A program made the translations under genes and the position numbers. DNA of 64,000 nucleotides, from contig DYJP01000005.1 in the NCBI GenBank assembly GCA_020723065.1, forward strand, positions 2,668 through 66,667, written 5' to 3'. Position 1 is the first letter of the stretch. Every line of letters starts with the position of its first letter. The stretch is from Candidatus Micrarchaeum sp. (GTDB lineage: Archaea > Micrarchaeota > Micrarchaeia > CABMEP01). The notes beneath the pieces were generated by a model. It was not told where the DNA came from. It was given only the letters and a program-made list of their open reading frames with translations, and did no database searches. Below are positions 38,032 through 48,928 of the stretch, in pieces.

Positions 38032-39015
38032 CTAATCTTTCTTTTTCTTTTCCTTTTTCCACGATGGATAGACGCCCCGGTCCATCATAACCCTGAGCGT
38101 CTTAACGACCTGCTTCCTGCTGACATCCGTAAGCTCGTCCGACGAATACAGGGATTTTGCGAATGCGACAAGCTCGTCCTTGGTGGTCATTATCGCGACG
38201 GTCTCTCCGTCTTTTATCTTGTTGTTGAAGGCTGCAAGCCCGGGCTCCATCAACTGGGCCCCGGAGCATATCGCGTTGACGGCGGAATCTGCTATCCACA
38301 TCATTTTTATTCCGAAATACTCTAACGCCTCCTCCAAGGGAATCACCATTTTCCTCAGGAGCCTCTCGTCGTTCTCGTTTTTGAAAAGCCACATGGCCTC
38401 TGCAAGCTCGTGCAGGGTGACTGCGTCCTTTTCCGAGATCTCCCCTACGTCAGTCCTTCTGAGCTCGAGCATGTTCGCCCCTATTCCTAACTCCTGTCCG
38501 ATGTCATGGACAAGCTTCCTTATATACGTGCCGGCCTCGACATGGGCCTTGAAAAGAACGTTCCTTCCAGTCATTTCCACGATTTCCAATTCGAAAATTT
38601 CCCTTTCCCTAAATTTTCTTGCAACTGCGGACTTAACCGGAGGAAGCTGTTTTATCTTTCCAGTAAATTTCAAAAAGGCGTCCCTTATCTTCTGCTCTTC
38701 GATATCATTATGCAGCTGCATCACTCCAACGTACTTTTTGTCTTTGTTAAGGTATGCTGCGGCATGGACGGACTTGCCTAGAAGAATGGGGAGAACTCCA
38801 GACACTTCCGGATCGAGCGTGCCGATGTGGCCTGCAATCTCAACCCCGAGTAGGGCTTTGACCTGCTCCACTACCTGGTTACTAGTTGGACCCTTCGGCT
38901 TGTCCAGAATGAGAAAGCCTGAATTCAGAAGCTCATTGAGGCCCCTCTGCTTCGGCGCCTTTCCGTAGCCGGCATTGGTATGGACATCCCTCTTTATTAT
39001 GACAAGCTCATCCAT
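38032..39015 (-). CDS. cbf5: H/ACA RNP pseudouridine synthase Cbf5 (TruB family with PUA)
   Basis: ILDKPKGPTSNQVV...GHIGTLDPEVSGVLP catalytic-Asp motif. C-terminal PUA domain. Confidence 0.85.
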   Translation of the reverse strand: MDELVIIKRDVHTNAGYGKAPKQRGLNELLNSGFLILDKPKGPTSNQVVEQVKALLGVEIAGHIGTLDPEVSGVLPILLGKSVHAAAYLNKDKKYVGVMQLHNDIEEQKIRDAFLKFTGKIKQLPPVKSAVARKFREREIFELEIVEMTGRNVLFKAHVEAGTYIRKLVHDIGQELGIGANMLELRRTDVGEISEKDAVTLHELAEAMWLFKNENDERLLRKMVIPLEEALEYFGIKMMWIADSAVNAICSGAQLMEPGLAAFNNKIKDGETVAIMTTKDELVAFAKSLYSSDELTDVSRKQVVKTLRVMMDRGVYPSWKKEKKKKD

Positions 39016-39130
39016 GAGTAATAATCAAACCAAAGGTATAAAAAGATAAATTAAACCTAGAAAATTAAAAAAAAGAAACAAAAAATGAAAAAGGAAAACA
39101 AAACAAAAATTAAAAAAAAGAAGAATTAAA

Positions 39131-39343
39131 CTACTCGGAAAGGGCTGCCTTGATCTGCTCTTCCGACTTCGGATCAACTTTCTTTTCGAGCGGAGTGAGG
39201 TGCAAAACATTCACCTTCCTGGCCTGCTTCCTGTTCTTGGATACGATCTCCACGAACTGGTTGTCCAATACATTTATTACGACGCACTTTTGTCCAGCAT
39301 CTCTTCCAGTCTTCTTGATGCAAACCATTCCTTCATCTATCAT
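39131..39343 (-). CDS. rpl14e: Ribosomal protein eL14 (L14e, KOW)
   Basis: GMVCIKKTGRDAGQKCVVINVLD KOW motif. Start placed at the internal ATG. Confidence 0.65.
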   Translation of the reverse strand: MIDEGMVCIKKTGRDAGQKCVVINVLDNQFVEIVSKNRKQARKVNVLHLTPLEKKVDPKSEEQIKAALSE

Positions 39344-39399
39344 GATATCACCTACATATTTCCAAGTCACCGTCACCGGCCGACAATCCAAGATTAAAA

Positions 39400-40977
39400 T
39401 CACTCGCTATATGACTTATCGATAACCGCGTTGTATACTAACGTAGTTATTCCAACTCCAAGAAGCGAACCAAGAAGCGTTGTCGTGGCGAATCCTATTA
39501 CCTCCACTATATTAGAAAACATCAATGGAAGCATAACCACTGTGAGGACCCCGACGTCCCTTGTCAATATATACTTCGCCTTGTCAAGTCTTCTCTTGGC
39601 TTCATCCTTTCCTCCGGCTCCTCGGCCCAAGATCTCATCCGTTATAACTATCTGATAATCCACTGAGGTTCCAAGGGTCCCAAAAAGACCTGCGATTGTC
39701 GCAAGATCGAGTGTTCCAACTGCCGCCATGAAGCACACCAGTATGGTGAGCTGCGTACCTGCAACGAACACGAGAGGCAGTATGTGTTCAGGATGCCTAT
39801 ATCTGAACGCTATGAAAAGCAACACGGTAAGCCCCGCGACCATCATTCCGATGACGCTGTACTTGAGGAACTCACTTCCCAAGGAGGCAGGAACAGTTAT
39901 AATGCTTCCGAGCTCGATTGAGACTGGAAGCGCTCCTCCGCTCAGAATACTCTTGATCCTGGAGGTCTCTGCAAGCGCATATGCCTGCCTCTCCGCAAAC
40001 GTGTCGCCCTTCGCAGTTCCTTCTATGCTAAACCGCTGGGAGGTCTGGCCCGTTGCCAGCGCAGGGCTCAAAGTCGGGGCTGAAAGGAGTCCTATCGCGC
40101 CCCACTGGTTCACTGAATTGCCCTCGAGGCCCATGTTCACGACATCCGGAATCATTTCCTGCTGCGGCTTTGCAATTACCTTTACCCTGCTCTTATTGTC
40201 TAAGCGGGAATTAATCTCTGTTATCGCGGAAATGAGCTCTTGCTCGTCTTCCGAAATTATGACTTTCGATTTGTTCTGCAAGAACACCAAGCTTGCCTGG
40301 GCTGAAGCGTTTTCCGTCGGATCCGCAAAGACAACCGAATTGTCTCCGTACAATACAACTTTATTCAACTCAGAATAAATCTCCTGCACTGAAAGGGTGG
40401 AATTCTCAAAGTAAAGCTCCCTGATGACCACCACGCTGTCCTCTGCCTTGTCAAGGAAGAGATTCACCGGATAGTTAGCCTTTCCGTATGCCGCGTTCGA
40501 AAACATCTTAGCCCCGTTCTGAGTAACCACGAATGTTACGCCCCACTTTACGGAGTCTCCACTTGACCTGGCGGATTCCTGGATGCTTCCACTGACTATG
40601 TATTCTCCAGTAAGCGCAACATTGCCGTCAATTATCGCCTCGAACTTTCCTTCCGAACTGAGTATGTCCTTGACCTGCTGTACGTAGGTCTGGTCAGAAG
40701 ACTGCGGGAGCTCAACATAAAGCTGCTGATCTCCGATCGATCTGACTGTAACCTGGCTCAGGCCGAATTTCGTGATCCTAGATTTAATTATACCTACTAT
40801 GTCATCCATGGTGGCCTTTGAAACTGATTTCTCTAAAGTTATAGGTATCCTAGTTCCTCCTGTGAACTCCAGCCCCAAATGAGCGCCCTGAAAGTAGAGG
40901 AGAATAAGACTTCCCAGAGTCAATGCAATTACAAATAAAACACGATTATCTCTTAACCATGCGAGCGAGAATTTCAT
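39400..40977 (-). CDS. secD: Protein-export membrane protein SecD
   Basis: N-terminal TM helix, about 350-aa extracytoplasmic domain, C-terminal six-TM SecD core. Confidence 0.75.
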   Translation of the reverse strand: MKFSLAWLRDNRVLFVIALTLGSLILLYFQGAHLGLEFTGGTRIPITLEKSVSKATMDDIVGIIKSRITKFGLSQVTVRSIGDQQLYVELPQSSDQTYVQQVKDILSSEGKFEAIIDGNVALTGEYIVSGSIQESARSSGDSVKWGVTFVVTQNGAKMFSNAAYGKANYPVNLFLDKAEDSVVVIRELYFENSTLSVQEIYSELNKVVLYGDNSVVFADPTENASAQASLVFLQNKSKVIISEDEQELISAITEINSRLDNKSRVKVIAKPQQEMIPDVVNMGLEGNSVNQWGAIGLLSAPTLSPALATGQTSQRFSIEGTAKGDTFAERQAYALAETSRIKSILSGGALPVSIELGSIITVPASLGSEFLKYSVIGMMVAGLTVLLFIAFRYRHPEHILPLVFVAGTQLTILVCFMAAVGTLDLATIAGLFGTLGTSVDYQIVITDEILGRGAGGKDEAKRRLDKAKYILTRDVGVLTVVMLPLMFSNIVEVIGFATTTLLGSLLGVGITTLVYNAVIDKSYSE

Positions 40978-42127
40978 ATTTGCCCTCCAAATACCACAGC
41001 ACCAAGACTGCGTTCAAGGCCCATGTCGCAATTAGGTCTCCAATAAGGCCTGCAACCGCGACCGCACCTATCTGATAATATGTAGAAATGTGAGTAACGC
41101 TTCCCAAAACTGTGAGCACCGCAAACGCCACTATCACTGTTGTGGTCATTGCGAATCCGGTCTTAAATGCGTCATAAGCTCTTTCTCTCGGAGTTCCCTC
41201 CCTCCTCTTAACTGTCTTAATCGTAAGCATCATGTCGGTATCCAAAGATAAGGCGACAATCATCATCAGCGTCGCAAAGGAAGAAAGCGTAAGTGGAATT
41301 CCGAATAACGACATCGCACCTAGAGCCATAGTAAGGTCTGACGTTGCTCCGACTAGAACTGCAAGTGAAGGAACCAAAGTCCTGAAAACCAGGAAGACTA
41401 CGATTATCGCAAGAAACGCAGATATTAAGGCTATGTTTATTACCTTATTTATGAAAAGACTGCTCAGGGAAGGGCTGACCTCTTCGAGCTTGATCTCGTC
41501 TATGGAATACGAAAGCGTAAGGGAATTAAGAAGCTTTTCCTTGTACTTCAACTTTGCTTCTGAAAAGACCGCATTGCATGCCTTCTGAAGGTTAACTATC
41601 TCGGAACCTTCATATTTTGCTGTGGCGGGGATCCCGCCAATCAGTTCTGCGGAAGCGGAGAATATTTCATTCTGAAGAGAGACCGCGTTCTGCATAAGCG
41701 AAGAGATCTTCGCCTCGTCTGCGGAAATCTGCGATGATACATCCTTTCCAGTGCTCATCTGCTCCGCCCGGTATCTTGCAAGCTCGCTCTCGAGAGTGCT
41801 TATCTGCTCGCTGATGCTCTCGATGCTTGAAATCTTGTCGTCTATTGTGGTTATGCGCTCATCAATTGGAATCTCTATCTCAGCAACGTATCCATCAAGA
41901 TCTGTAAAGAACCTGACCTCTGCATCCTTTATTCCCTGGGCAGAGACTGCGGACCTGAGAGCCTGCTCGTCTATGCTCTGTGAAGTCTGTATACTTATAA
42001 GCATTCCACCTTTGAGATCAATTCCGTACTTAAGATTAGGAATAAGGAATATGCTTGTCACTATAAGAACAATCGGAAGCAGAACCAAGATGCTGTAATT
42101 TCCCTGATAAATATTCGGAAGCTTCAA
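40946..42127 (-). CDS. secF: Protein-export membrane protein SecF
   Basis: N-terminal TM helix, periplasmic coiled-coil region, C-terminal SecF TM core. Overlaps the secD start. Confidence 0.7.
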   Translation of the reverse strand: MKLPNIYQGNYSILVLLPIVLIVTSIFLIPNLKYGIDLKGGMLISIQTSQSIDEQALRSAVSAQGIKDAEVRFFTDLDGYVAEIEIPIDERITTIDDKISSIESISEQISTLESELARYRAEQMSTGKDVSSQISADEAKISSLMQNAVSLQNEIFSASAELIGGIPATAKYEGSEIVNLQKACNAVFSEAKLKYKEKLLNSLTLSYSIDEIKLEEVSPSLSSLFINKVINIALISAFLAIIVVFLVFRTLVPSLAVLVGATSDLTMALGAMSLFGIPLTLSSFATLMMIVALSLDTDMMLTIKTVKRREGTPRERAYDAFKTGFAMTTTVIVAFAVLTVLGSVTHISTYYQIGAVAVAGLIGDLIATWALNAVLVLWYLEGKYEILARMVKR

Positions 42128-42367
42128 AAGATCACATCCCTGAGAACAATAGCATTGAACCTATACCTAGGACATCCGTATGAAAGAATAACACTCATGC
42201 TTTAGACTTTGATAAAAATGCCTAACTATAGAATATAGTATAATTTAGATAAAAATATTTAAAACATATGCTAATCTGGGTAAAAAAAGGAAATGCGAAC
42301 GCCAAAAGAAAAACACGCGAAATGACCTTCCTTTTAATTTTTAAATCCTAATCTCCCATGTTTAATC

Positions 42368-43897
42368 ATGAAGCTGATGTCGCGGGAATACCAGGAACGA
42401 ATTGCAGAAAGTGCGATCAGGAATGGCAACACACTGGTAGTACTCCCAACCGGAATGGGCAAAACCTTAATAGGCGCGCTAGTGATGGAAAAATTCCTCA
42501 AGGAAAAGAAGAGATGCCTGTTCCTTGCACCGACAAGGCCCCTTGTTGCCCAGCATGGAAAAAGACTGAACGAATATTTCTACGAAAGCTACGACATCGC
42601 ACAGGTAACGGGACAGATTAAAAAAGAAGACAGACGCATTCTTTATGAGAAAAGTGATGTGATAATATCCACGCCCCAGACTATAAAGAACGATATAGAA
42701 TCAACTGCGACAGAGGACAACCCCGGCGGAATACTTTCGAACTTTTCATGTATAGTAGTCGATGAATGCCACCGCGCAGTCGGACAATACGCATACACCT
42801 ATGTGGCAAATTCGGCAATAGAGCAGGGAAAGAAAAACGGAAAGATACTGCTCCTCGGACTCACTGCATCCCCGGGGGGAAGCGCATCAAAAATAAAGGA
42901 AATAACGGATGCGTTGTCCATAGATAATGTCGAGATAAGAACCGAAACAGACTCGGACGTGTCCAAGTATATCCAGAATATAAATATCCAATGGAAGGAA
43001 GTTGAACTTTCGCAGGAAATGAACGAAGCCATCGCGCTCCTCAAAGAACTGATGGACGAAAAAAGCAAGACGCTAGGAGAACTCAACATCATGATATCCA
43101 GAAAAACCCCGAGAGGAAGATTATCACAGATATACAGACGCCTCATCGACAACAAATACATGGCCGCGCTGGGACATTTCGCAATGTTCTACAACGCATT
43201 CCACGGCGTGGAGCTGATTGAAAGCGAAAGCCCGCTGGCTTACTCAAAATTCGTAGAGAGACTGAAGGAAAGGAAGAAAAGAGTGGATTGGAGATTTACA
43301 CAGGCCGCCAACAAACTAACTAATATCGAGCACCCAAAAATGAAAGTACTTATAGACCTGATAAGCGAAAGAAAGGAAAAGAAGATAATCGTGTTCGCGC
43401 AGTACAGGGACCAAGTCAACCACATAGTGGACAAGCTCAGCGAATCGGGATTCAAGGCGAAACCATTCCTTGGAAAAGGAAATGGAGGCGTTGCCGCAGT
43501 CAGGGAACAAAAGAAAACAATCACTGAATTCGCTAACGGAGATATCGACATACTGGTCGCATCCTCTATCGGAGAGGAAGGGATAGACATCCCTGCGGCA
43601 GATACTGCTATCTTCTACGAACCGGTTCCGAGCGAGATAAGATCGATCCAAAGAAGGGGAAGAGTTGGAAGGACCAAAGAAGGAGAAGTGATTATACTCG
43701 TGGCGAAAGGAACCAAGGACGAAGTATTCAAGTACGTCTCCCTTGCAAAGGAAAAGAAAATGAAAGGAATCATCAGATCGTTGAAAAAAGAAAAGAAAAA
43801 TTCAACTGACATGAGTGGAAACAAGTTTCAAATCAGAGAGCCGCAACCAAAGGAAGCCAAACAGTCCCTCCTTTCAGAATTCCTAGGAAAGCAGTAA
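42368..43897 (+). CDS. Hef/FANCM-like SF2 helicase (helicase domains only, no ERCC4 nuclease)
   Basis: YQERIAESAIRNGNTLVVLPTGMGKTLIG. DECH box VVDECHRAVG. Motif VI RRGRVGR. 509 aa. Confidence 0.7.
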   Translation: MKLMSREYQERIAESAIRNGNTLVVLPTGMGKTLIGALVMEKFLKEKKRCLFLAPTRPLVAQHGKRLNEYFYESYDIAQVTGQIKKEDRRILYEKSDVIISTPQTIKNDIESTATEDNPGGILSNFSCIVVDECHRAVGQYAYTYVANSAIEQGKKNGKILLLGLTASPGGSASKIKEITDALSIDNVEIRTETDSDVSKYIQNINIQWKEVELSQEMNEAIALLKELMDEKSKTLGELNIMISRKTPRGRLSQIYRRLIDNKYMAALGHFAMFYNAFHGVELIESESPLAYSKFVERLKERKKRVDWRFTQAANKLTNIEHPKMKVLIDLISERKEKKIIVFAQYRDQVNHIVDKLSESGFKAKPFLGKGNGGVAAVREQKKTITEFANGDIDILVASSIGEEGIDIPAADTAIFYEPVPSEIRSIQRRGRVGRTKEGEVIILVAKGTKDEVFKYVSLAKEKKMKGIIRSLKKEKKNSTDMSGNKFQIREPQPKEAKQSLLSEFLGKQ

Positions 43898-43980
43898 TAT
43901 TCCTTGATTCTATTTTTCATTTTGAAACATGAAAAACACAAAACGAAAAGTATATATATTCCATATACGTAGAAAATTAC

Positions 43981-44553
43981 ATGTCAACTCAGAACGAGAA
44001 ACACAATTATAATTTTCAAGAAAGGATGACAAAAACTAGGAAATTCATACGCGCAACTCCGGTACTGATAGAGGAGTTAAGGCACAGGTTAGAACTGATG
44101 GACTTTTACGGCAGCAAAAATGAACTTGACGTATTTGTTTCATACGCAAAAAAATTCGACAATCCTGCAAGAGCTCTGTCACTGCTCCACAATTGCCACG
44201 TAATAAGAACCAATAATGGATATCCTTCAAAACCAAAACTTATTGTACAAGCACTAAACGCGGTAATCATTCCAGGAGACCCAACAATGGCACTGGAAAA
44301 AGCAGTTGAAACACTCAGCGCAAATATCGAATACACTTTAAACAGGGAAGAACTAGGCCTCACTAAACTCAAAAAAAGAATAGACAGCATGGTCAAAAAA
44401 CCGAAAAAGGATACCGAGGAAAAAACAAATAAAAAGCACGATGAAGAAGCAGAGTATGACGAAAAAAACTTTGAAGAAGAACCGAGCGAAGAGGACTTGA
44501 AGCAACTCGAAAAGAAACTTGAAAAAGGGGAATACGAAGAAGACGACGAATAA
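43981..44553 (+). CDS. Hypothetical protein with highly acidic Glu/Lys-rich C-terminus
   Basis: 190-aa ORF immediately downstream of the Hef-like helicase. Confidence 0.4.
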   Translation: MSTQNEKHNYNFQERMTKTRKFIRATPVLIEELRHRLELMDFYGSKNELDVFVSYAKKFDNPARALSLLHNCHVIRTNNGYPSKPKLIVQALNAVIIPGDPTMALEKAVETLSANIEYTLNREELGLTKLKKRIDSMVKKPKKDTEEKTNKKHDEEAEYDEKNFEEEPSEEDLKQLEKKLEKGEYEEDDE

Positions 44554-44682
44554 TCTATTGTCGAGAAGAAGCAAGGTCTAATTTTTTATTTCAAGAATTG
44601 AGCGCAGCAGCTAGGCACGAATTAAAAATAAAAAAAGACGCATTCAACGATACATATCTTCAGATAAGAGAAGAAATCGTTT

Positions 44683-46233
44683 TTAGCGACGTCTCTTCCT
44701 TCTCTTCATTCCGTATCTCTCTTTTCTTTCATCATGGTGCTCTCTCTCGTCCACCTGCATGCTAACGGTTTCATCTCCGAATTTATAAAGCTCCCATTCG
44801 ATCTTTCCAGTTTCGAAATCGCTTACCTGGACAACTGGCCTTGCAAGGTCACGATCCCTCATTCCATGCGGAATCTTGACTCTCATGCGAAGCTCGAGAA
44901 CCTTCTTGATCTTTCCTTCATTTATGAAAATCACAGTATCCACTATCTGCGGAATCATTCCCAGATCGACTCGCCCAAGGAATCTTTGAATCGATTCAAT
45001 CGGCCTTGTCGCATGAACAACTCCAACCATTCCGATACCTGAAAGGCGCAAATCTGAAAACACCTTGAAGTCTGTCGTCTTCCTCATCTCGTCATAGATG
45101 CTGTAATCTGGCCTCACCAGGAGAAGAATATCTCCTGTCTTCTCAAAACTTCCATCAAGAGCGGCATACTGGGTGACTTCGTCCGGAACTTGAAGGTCTC
45201 TTGGGGATTCTAAGGTCTTAACAATCTTATTCCTCTTCATAAACATCTCTGCCATCGCGGCCGCAAAAGTGGATTTACCGCTTCCTGGAGAACCGCAAAT
45301 GATCACTCCCTCAGCCCTTTCGAGAAGCCTCTGCTTGAGCTTATCTGAAAGGGTATAATCTTCCAGCGAAGCCTTTACTATGGGCCTTACTATGGTTATC
45401 TCTATCCCATCTGAGAATGGCGGTCTTGCTATCGCAATCCTGTATTCCCTAAGCTGGATTACTGCAGCTCCCTTACTATCAGATTCAAAATAGGATTTGC
45501 TATCGGATCTCGCAGTATCGACAATCTCCTTAATCATATCCTCGAGAGACTCCTTTGTTGTCCTTTCTTCCGAAAGAACCACAAGCCTAACTTCTCCTGG
45601 CTTCCCTCTCTTTGCAAGAGGTTTTGTATCCTCCTTAAAGTGAAGGGAAACAGTATCTGGCGTAAGGTACTGCTTAAATGAAAGCTCTCTTATAGATTTC
45701 ATAGGCTCAAGATAGATTACATTTATCCCTTCAGCCCTTGCAACCTCGGACTGCACTTTGTCGGAAGTCACCAGCATTGCAGAAAGCTCTTTTGCAAGCT
45801 CCCTTATCGTTGCGTCAATCTCTCCAAGTTTTGCCGCCCTCACCATGAGATCGGTACTTCTTTCGCCTCCGAATTCAAGCTCAATGTCACCTTTCTTTGC
45901 AATTTCTCTCAAAGCCTTTATCTCGGCCAATCCACTGAAGCCAATCTCCTTTCCCGTGTTTGCCTGATGCTCAAGTTCTCCAACAGTCGCTTTGTGGATT
46001 ACTATCTTTATACCTTTGATTCTTTTTTCCCTGATTATCTCAGTCATTCTACCGTCAATAATCACAGAAGTGTCAGGAACAATGATCTTATGTTCTCCCA
46101 ATTCAAACTTTTCTCCGTAAATCTGAGATTTTCCCAATCTTGCCGGCACATTCCTGCGCTCGGATGATTCATTTGCTTCTGTTTTCTTATTTTCTATATT
46201 TTGTTTTTCTGTATTTCTTATGTCTTGTGACAT
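44683..46233 (-). CDS. PIN-domain plus PilT-like P-loop ATPase (PINA-type)
   Basis: N-terminal PIN ([13 protein letters not shown]). Central and C-terminal Walker [10 protein letters not shown] and PilT-like motifs. Confidence 0.65.
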   Translation of the reverse strand: MSQDIRNTEKQNIENKKTEANESSERRNVPARLGKSQIYGEKFELGEHKIIVPDTSVIIDGRMTEIIREKRIKGIKIVIHKATVGELEHQANTGKEIGFSGLAEIKALREIAKKGDIELEFGGERSTDLMVRAAKLGEIDATIRELAKELSAMLVTSDKVQSEVARAEGINVIYLEPMKSIRELSFKQYLTPDTVSLHFKEDTKPLAKRGKPGEVRLVVLSEERTTKESLEDMIKEIVDTARSDSKSYFESDSKGAAVIQLREYRIAIARPPFSDGIEITIVRPIVKASLEDYTLSDKLKQRLLERAEGVIICGSPGSGKSTFAAAMAEMFMKRNKIVKTLESPRDLQVPDEVTQYAALDGSFEKTGDILLLVRPDYSIYDEMRKTTDFKVFSDLRLSGIGMVGVVHATRPIESIQRFLGRVDLGMIPQIVDTVIFINEGKIKKVLELRMRVKIPHGMRDRDLARPVVQVSDFETGKIEWELYKFGDETVSMQVDEREHHDERKERYGMKRRKRRR

Positions 46234-46286
46234 ATGTTTTCACCTTATTGTGACTAGTGTTGATTGATTCGTCTCGTATAATTCAT

Positions 46287-46319
46287 AAAAAACAGCCCAA
46301 ATGGGCCTTTAGCCCATTT
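46287..46319 (-). terminator. Hairpin plus T6 putative terminator downstream of the Gly-tRNA ligase gene
   Basis: AAATGGGC-CTTTA-GCCCATTT stem-loop followed on the minus strand by TTTTTT. Contains a nested CCCAAATGGG palindrome. Confidence 0.35.
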
Positions 46320-46471
46320 TAAATTAGACTGCTTAATTCAATTCTTATAAATCAAACAACGTGTCATAAACTTTACAACTAGACTTTCAGATTGACACGT
46401 TTAATTTTACAATCTTAAAAAAGTCTTATGAATAATATACGTGCTTTCTATTTATAATCCTTTTGCTAAGT

Positions 46472-47983
46472 TTAGAATTTGCTTACAATTGAAGAAATCT
46501 CATTGATCTTTATCCTAGTCTGCTTTGCAGTATTCCTGTCTCTTAAAGTCACAGTCTCATCTTTCAAAGTATCATAATCAACGGTGACCGCCCACTTCAT
46601 TCCGATCTCATCCGCACGGGCATATCTCTTTCCTATGCTTCCTGACTCATCGTAAATCACGGTGAATCCCTTGTTCCTGAGTAAAGACGAAATGTCCTGC
46701 GCCTTCTCTGCAAGGCCGTCCTTTTTCATAAGTGGAAATACTGCGACATCGTACGGAGACAGCGCAGTAGGGAGATTGAGCCATTCCCAGTCATGCGCTT
46801 CATCTTTGCCTCGATATGAATGCTCGAGCACTGCCCAAAGTAGCCTGTCGAGGCCGAATGAAGGTTCGACGACGTGAGGAATAATTCTTCTTCCGTCCGG
46901 AGTCACAACCGTTATATTGCTTCCAGAAGCCGTCTCGTGACTCTTAAGATCATAATCAGTCCTGTATGCAAGACTAACTGTCTCGAGCCAACCGAATGAT
47001 GTCTGCACCTCGAGATCGAAAGTTCCGCCCGAGTAATGCGCCCGCTCGGAAGGTGAAAGCTGTCTGAATCTCATGCTTTCGAAAGGTATTCCGCATGCCT
47101 CATAGAATTCAAAGGTAAGCCCAATGAAATATGCTGTGATCTCGTTCGGAGCAATCTTCTTGTCAAGAAGCTCCTGACATGTAAGGACTACAGGCTTTGC
47201 CTCGTTCCTTCTCTGCTCTGCTTTGCTTTGCACTTTTGACTTCTCCTGCTCTTCGTATGTTAGGACTGCGACTTTCTTGCCCGCCATGTCCCTGAATCGT
47301 GGGAATGACTGGTCGTTCGGGTCGAAGAAGTACTCAAGCTCCATCTGGTTGAACTCCCTAAGCCTAACCACTCCCTGTCTCGGAGAGATCTCGTTCCTGA
47401 ATGACCTTCCAACCTGCCCCATGGCCATCGGAAGCTTGCCATAAGACTTGAACATCCTCGGGAACGCCATGAATATCCCCTGAGCTGTTTCCGGCCTCAG
47501 GTATCCGGGAGTCCCTTCTACTGGGCCAATATTCGTCTTGAACATGAGATTAAAAAATGCCACTTCGGTAAACCCTTTATTCCCGCAATTAGGGCATTTT
47601 ATATCGGAATGATGAAGCAGCCTGTTGATGTCCTCAATCGTTGTTCCCGCCGTCTCTATCTTATTCTCTTCAAGAAGCTGGTCCGCCCTAAACTTTGCAC
47701 CGCAGCTCTTGCATGTTGTGACAGGATCGGAAAAGTGATCGATATGCCCGGAAGCCTTGACTGCGATCTCCGGAAGGATAAGCGAGGTGTCGACTTCGAA
47801 ATATCCATTTCGCTCTATGAAAAGCTTCTTCCAGATCCTGACGATCTTGTCTCTTACGCCCTTTCCCACAGGACCTAGATCGAAGATTCCTCCCATCGGC
47901 GGATAGATATCCGCGGACGGAAATATTATGTTCCTTCTTAGCGTAATCTGTGTAAGCTTATCTCTGACTTCTCTTGAAACCAT
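46472..47983 (-). CDS. glyS: Glycine--tRNA ligase (archaeal/eukaryotic-type class II)
   Basis: Class II motifs and the GlyRS-specific N-terminus. Start placed at the ATG at 47983; the track start is a TTG. Confidence 0.8.
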   Translation of the reverse strand: MVSREVRDKLTQITLRRNIIFPSADIYPPMGGIFDLGPVGKGVRDKIVRIWKKLFIERNGYFEVDTSLILPEIAVKASGHIDHFSDPVTTCKSCGAKFRADQLLEENKIETAGTTIEDINRLLHHSDIKCPNCGNKGFTEVAFFNLMFKTNIGPVEGTPGYLRPETAQGIFMAFPRMFKSYGKLPMAMGQVGRSFRNEISPRQGVVRLREFNQMELEYFFDPNDQSFPRFRDMAGKKVAVLTYEEQEKSKVQSKAEQRRNEAKPVVLTCQELLDKKIAPNEITAYFIGLTFEFYEACGIPFESMRFRQLSPSERAHYSGGTFDLEVQTSFGWLETVSLAYRTDYDLKSHETASGSNITVVTPDGRRIIPHVVEPSFGLDRLLWAVLEHSYRGKDEAHDWEWLNLPTALSPYDVAVFPLMKKDGLAEKAQDISSLLRNKGFTVIYDESGSIGKRYARADEIGMKWAVTVDYDTLKDETVTLRDRNTAKQTRIKINEISSIVSKF

Positions 47984-48133
47984 TTCATCACATTTTATAT
48001 AATCGCGCAAATCATTAAATAAAAAACGATTTGAACTCTATGTGCGTTGTATACTATATAAAAGAAAAAAAGTTATAAATGGCGCCTATGATATATAATG
48101 TATAACTAAAAACTAAACAAAAGCAGTGAGACT

Positions 48134-48928
48134 ATGGTCAAACGAAGAGAAAAAATTCTGGAAGAGATGAAAGCTAAAATCAAAAAGTCATATTTATCAA
48201 GAGACAACCTGCTCGTTTTTGCAGACAACGCATCCAGCGATCTTGAGAAGCAAGCGAATATCCTATTTGAAAGGCTCACAGAGTGGTACGGGATATACTT
48301 CCCGGAGCTAAAACTTGATGACAGATCCAAATATTGCAACCTCGTGCTGCAGATAGACAAGAAAAAAATGCAGGAAAGCAAGAAAGCGATCCAGTCGCTC
48401 ATGGGTGACAAGTCCTCGAGCATAATAAGTCAACTCGAGCACACTATGGGTTCCGAGATGCAGGAAAAGGACATAGAAACTATAAGGATGCTAGCGCAGC
48501 AAATACTTACTTTGGAAGAGACAATGGAGCAGATAGAGCAATACAAGGAATCTCTCGCAAAAGAAGTCTGCCCGAACATGTCTGAAGTCGGTGGACCGAA
48601 GATAGCGGCCAAGCTCATCGCACACATGGGAAGTCTTGAGAAGCTGGCGAAGTTGCCTGCAAGCACCATACAAGTATTGGGAGCCGAGAAGGCACTGTTC
48701 AAGCACCTCAGGAGAAAGACAAAACCTCCGAAGCACGGGATAATATTCCAGCATACGCTCATCCACTCTGCACCAAAAGACAAGAGAGGAAGGCTAGCAA
48801 GGGCATTAGCATCGAAGCTTGCCATAGCCGCAAAGGTCGACGCATACGGAAAAGGGCATTTTATTGGTAACGAACTTAGGACCGATTTCCAAAAAAGAGC
48901 GAACGATATACTCAACGCAAAGGATTGA
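48134..48928 (+). CDS. Nop5/Nop56-like protein (Nop domain), short form
   Basis: C-terminal Nop domain (GPKIAAKLIAHMGSLEKLAKLPASTIQVLGAEKALFKHL). Only 264 aa. Confidence 0.6.
   Translation: MVKRREKILEEMKAKIKKSYLSRDNLLVFADNASSDLEKQANILFERLTEWYGIYFPELKLDDRSKYCNLVLQIDKKKMQESKKAIQSLMGDKSSSIISQLEHTMGSEMQEKDIETIRMLAQQILTLEETMEQIEQYKESLAKEVCPNMSEVGGPKIAAKLIAHMGSLEKLAKLPASTIQVLGAEKALFKHLRRKTKPPKHGIIFQHTLIHSAPKDKRGRLARALASKLAIAAKVDAYGKGHFIGNELRTDFQKRANDILNAKD

Noticed and set aside
38180-38968. 262-aa ORF on the plus strand
   Set aside because: It lies entirely antisense to the well-supported Cbf5 gene. It is low-complexity and Ser/Leu-rich, typical of a spurious shadow ORF.
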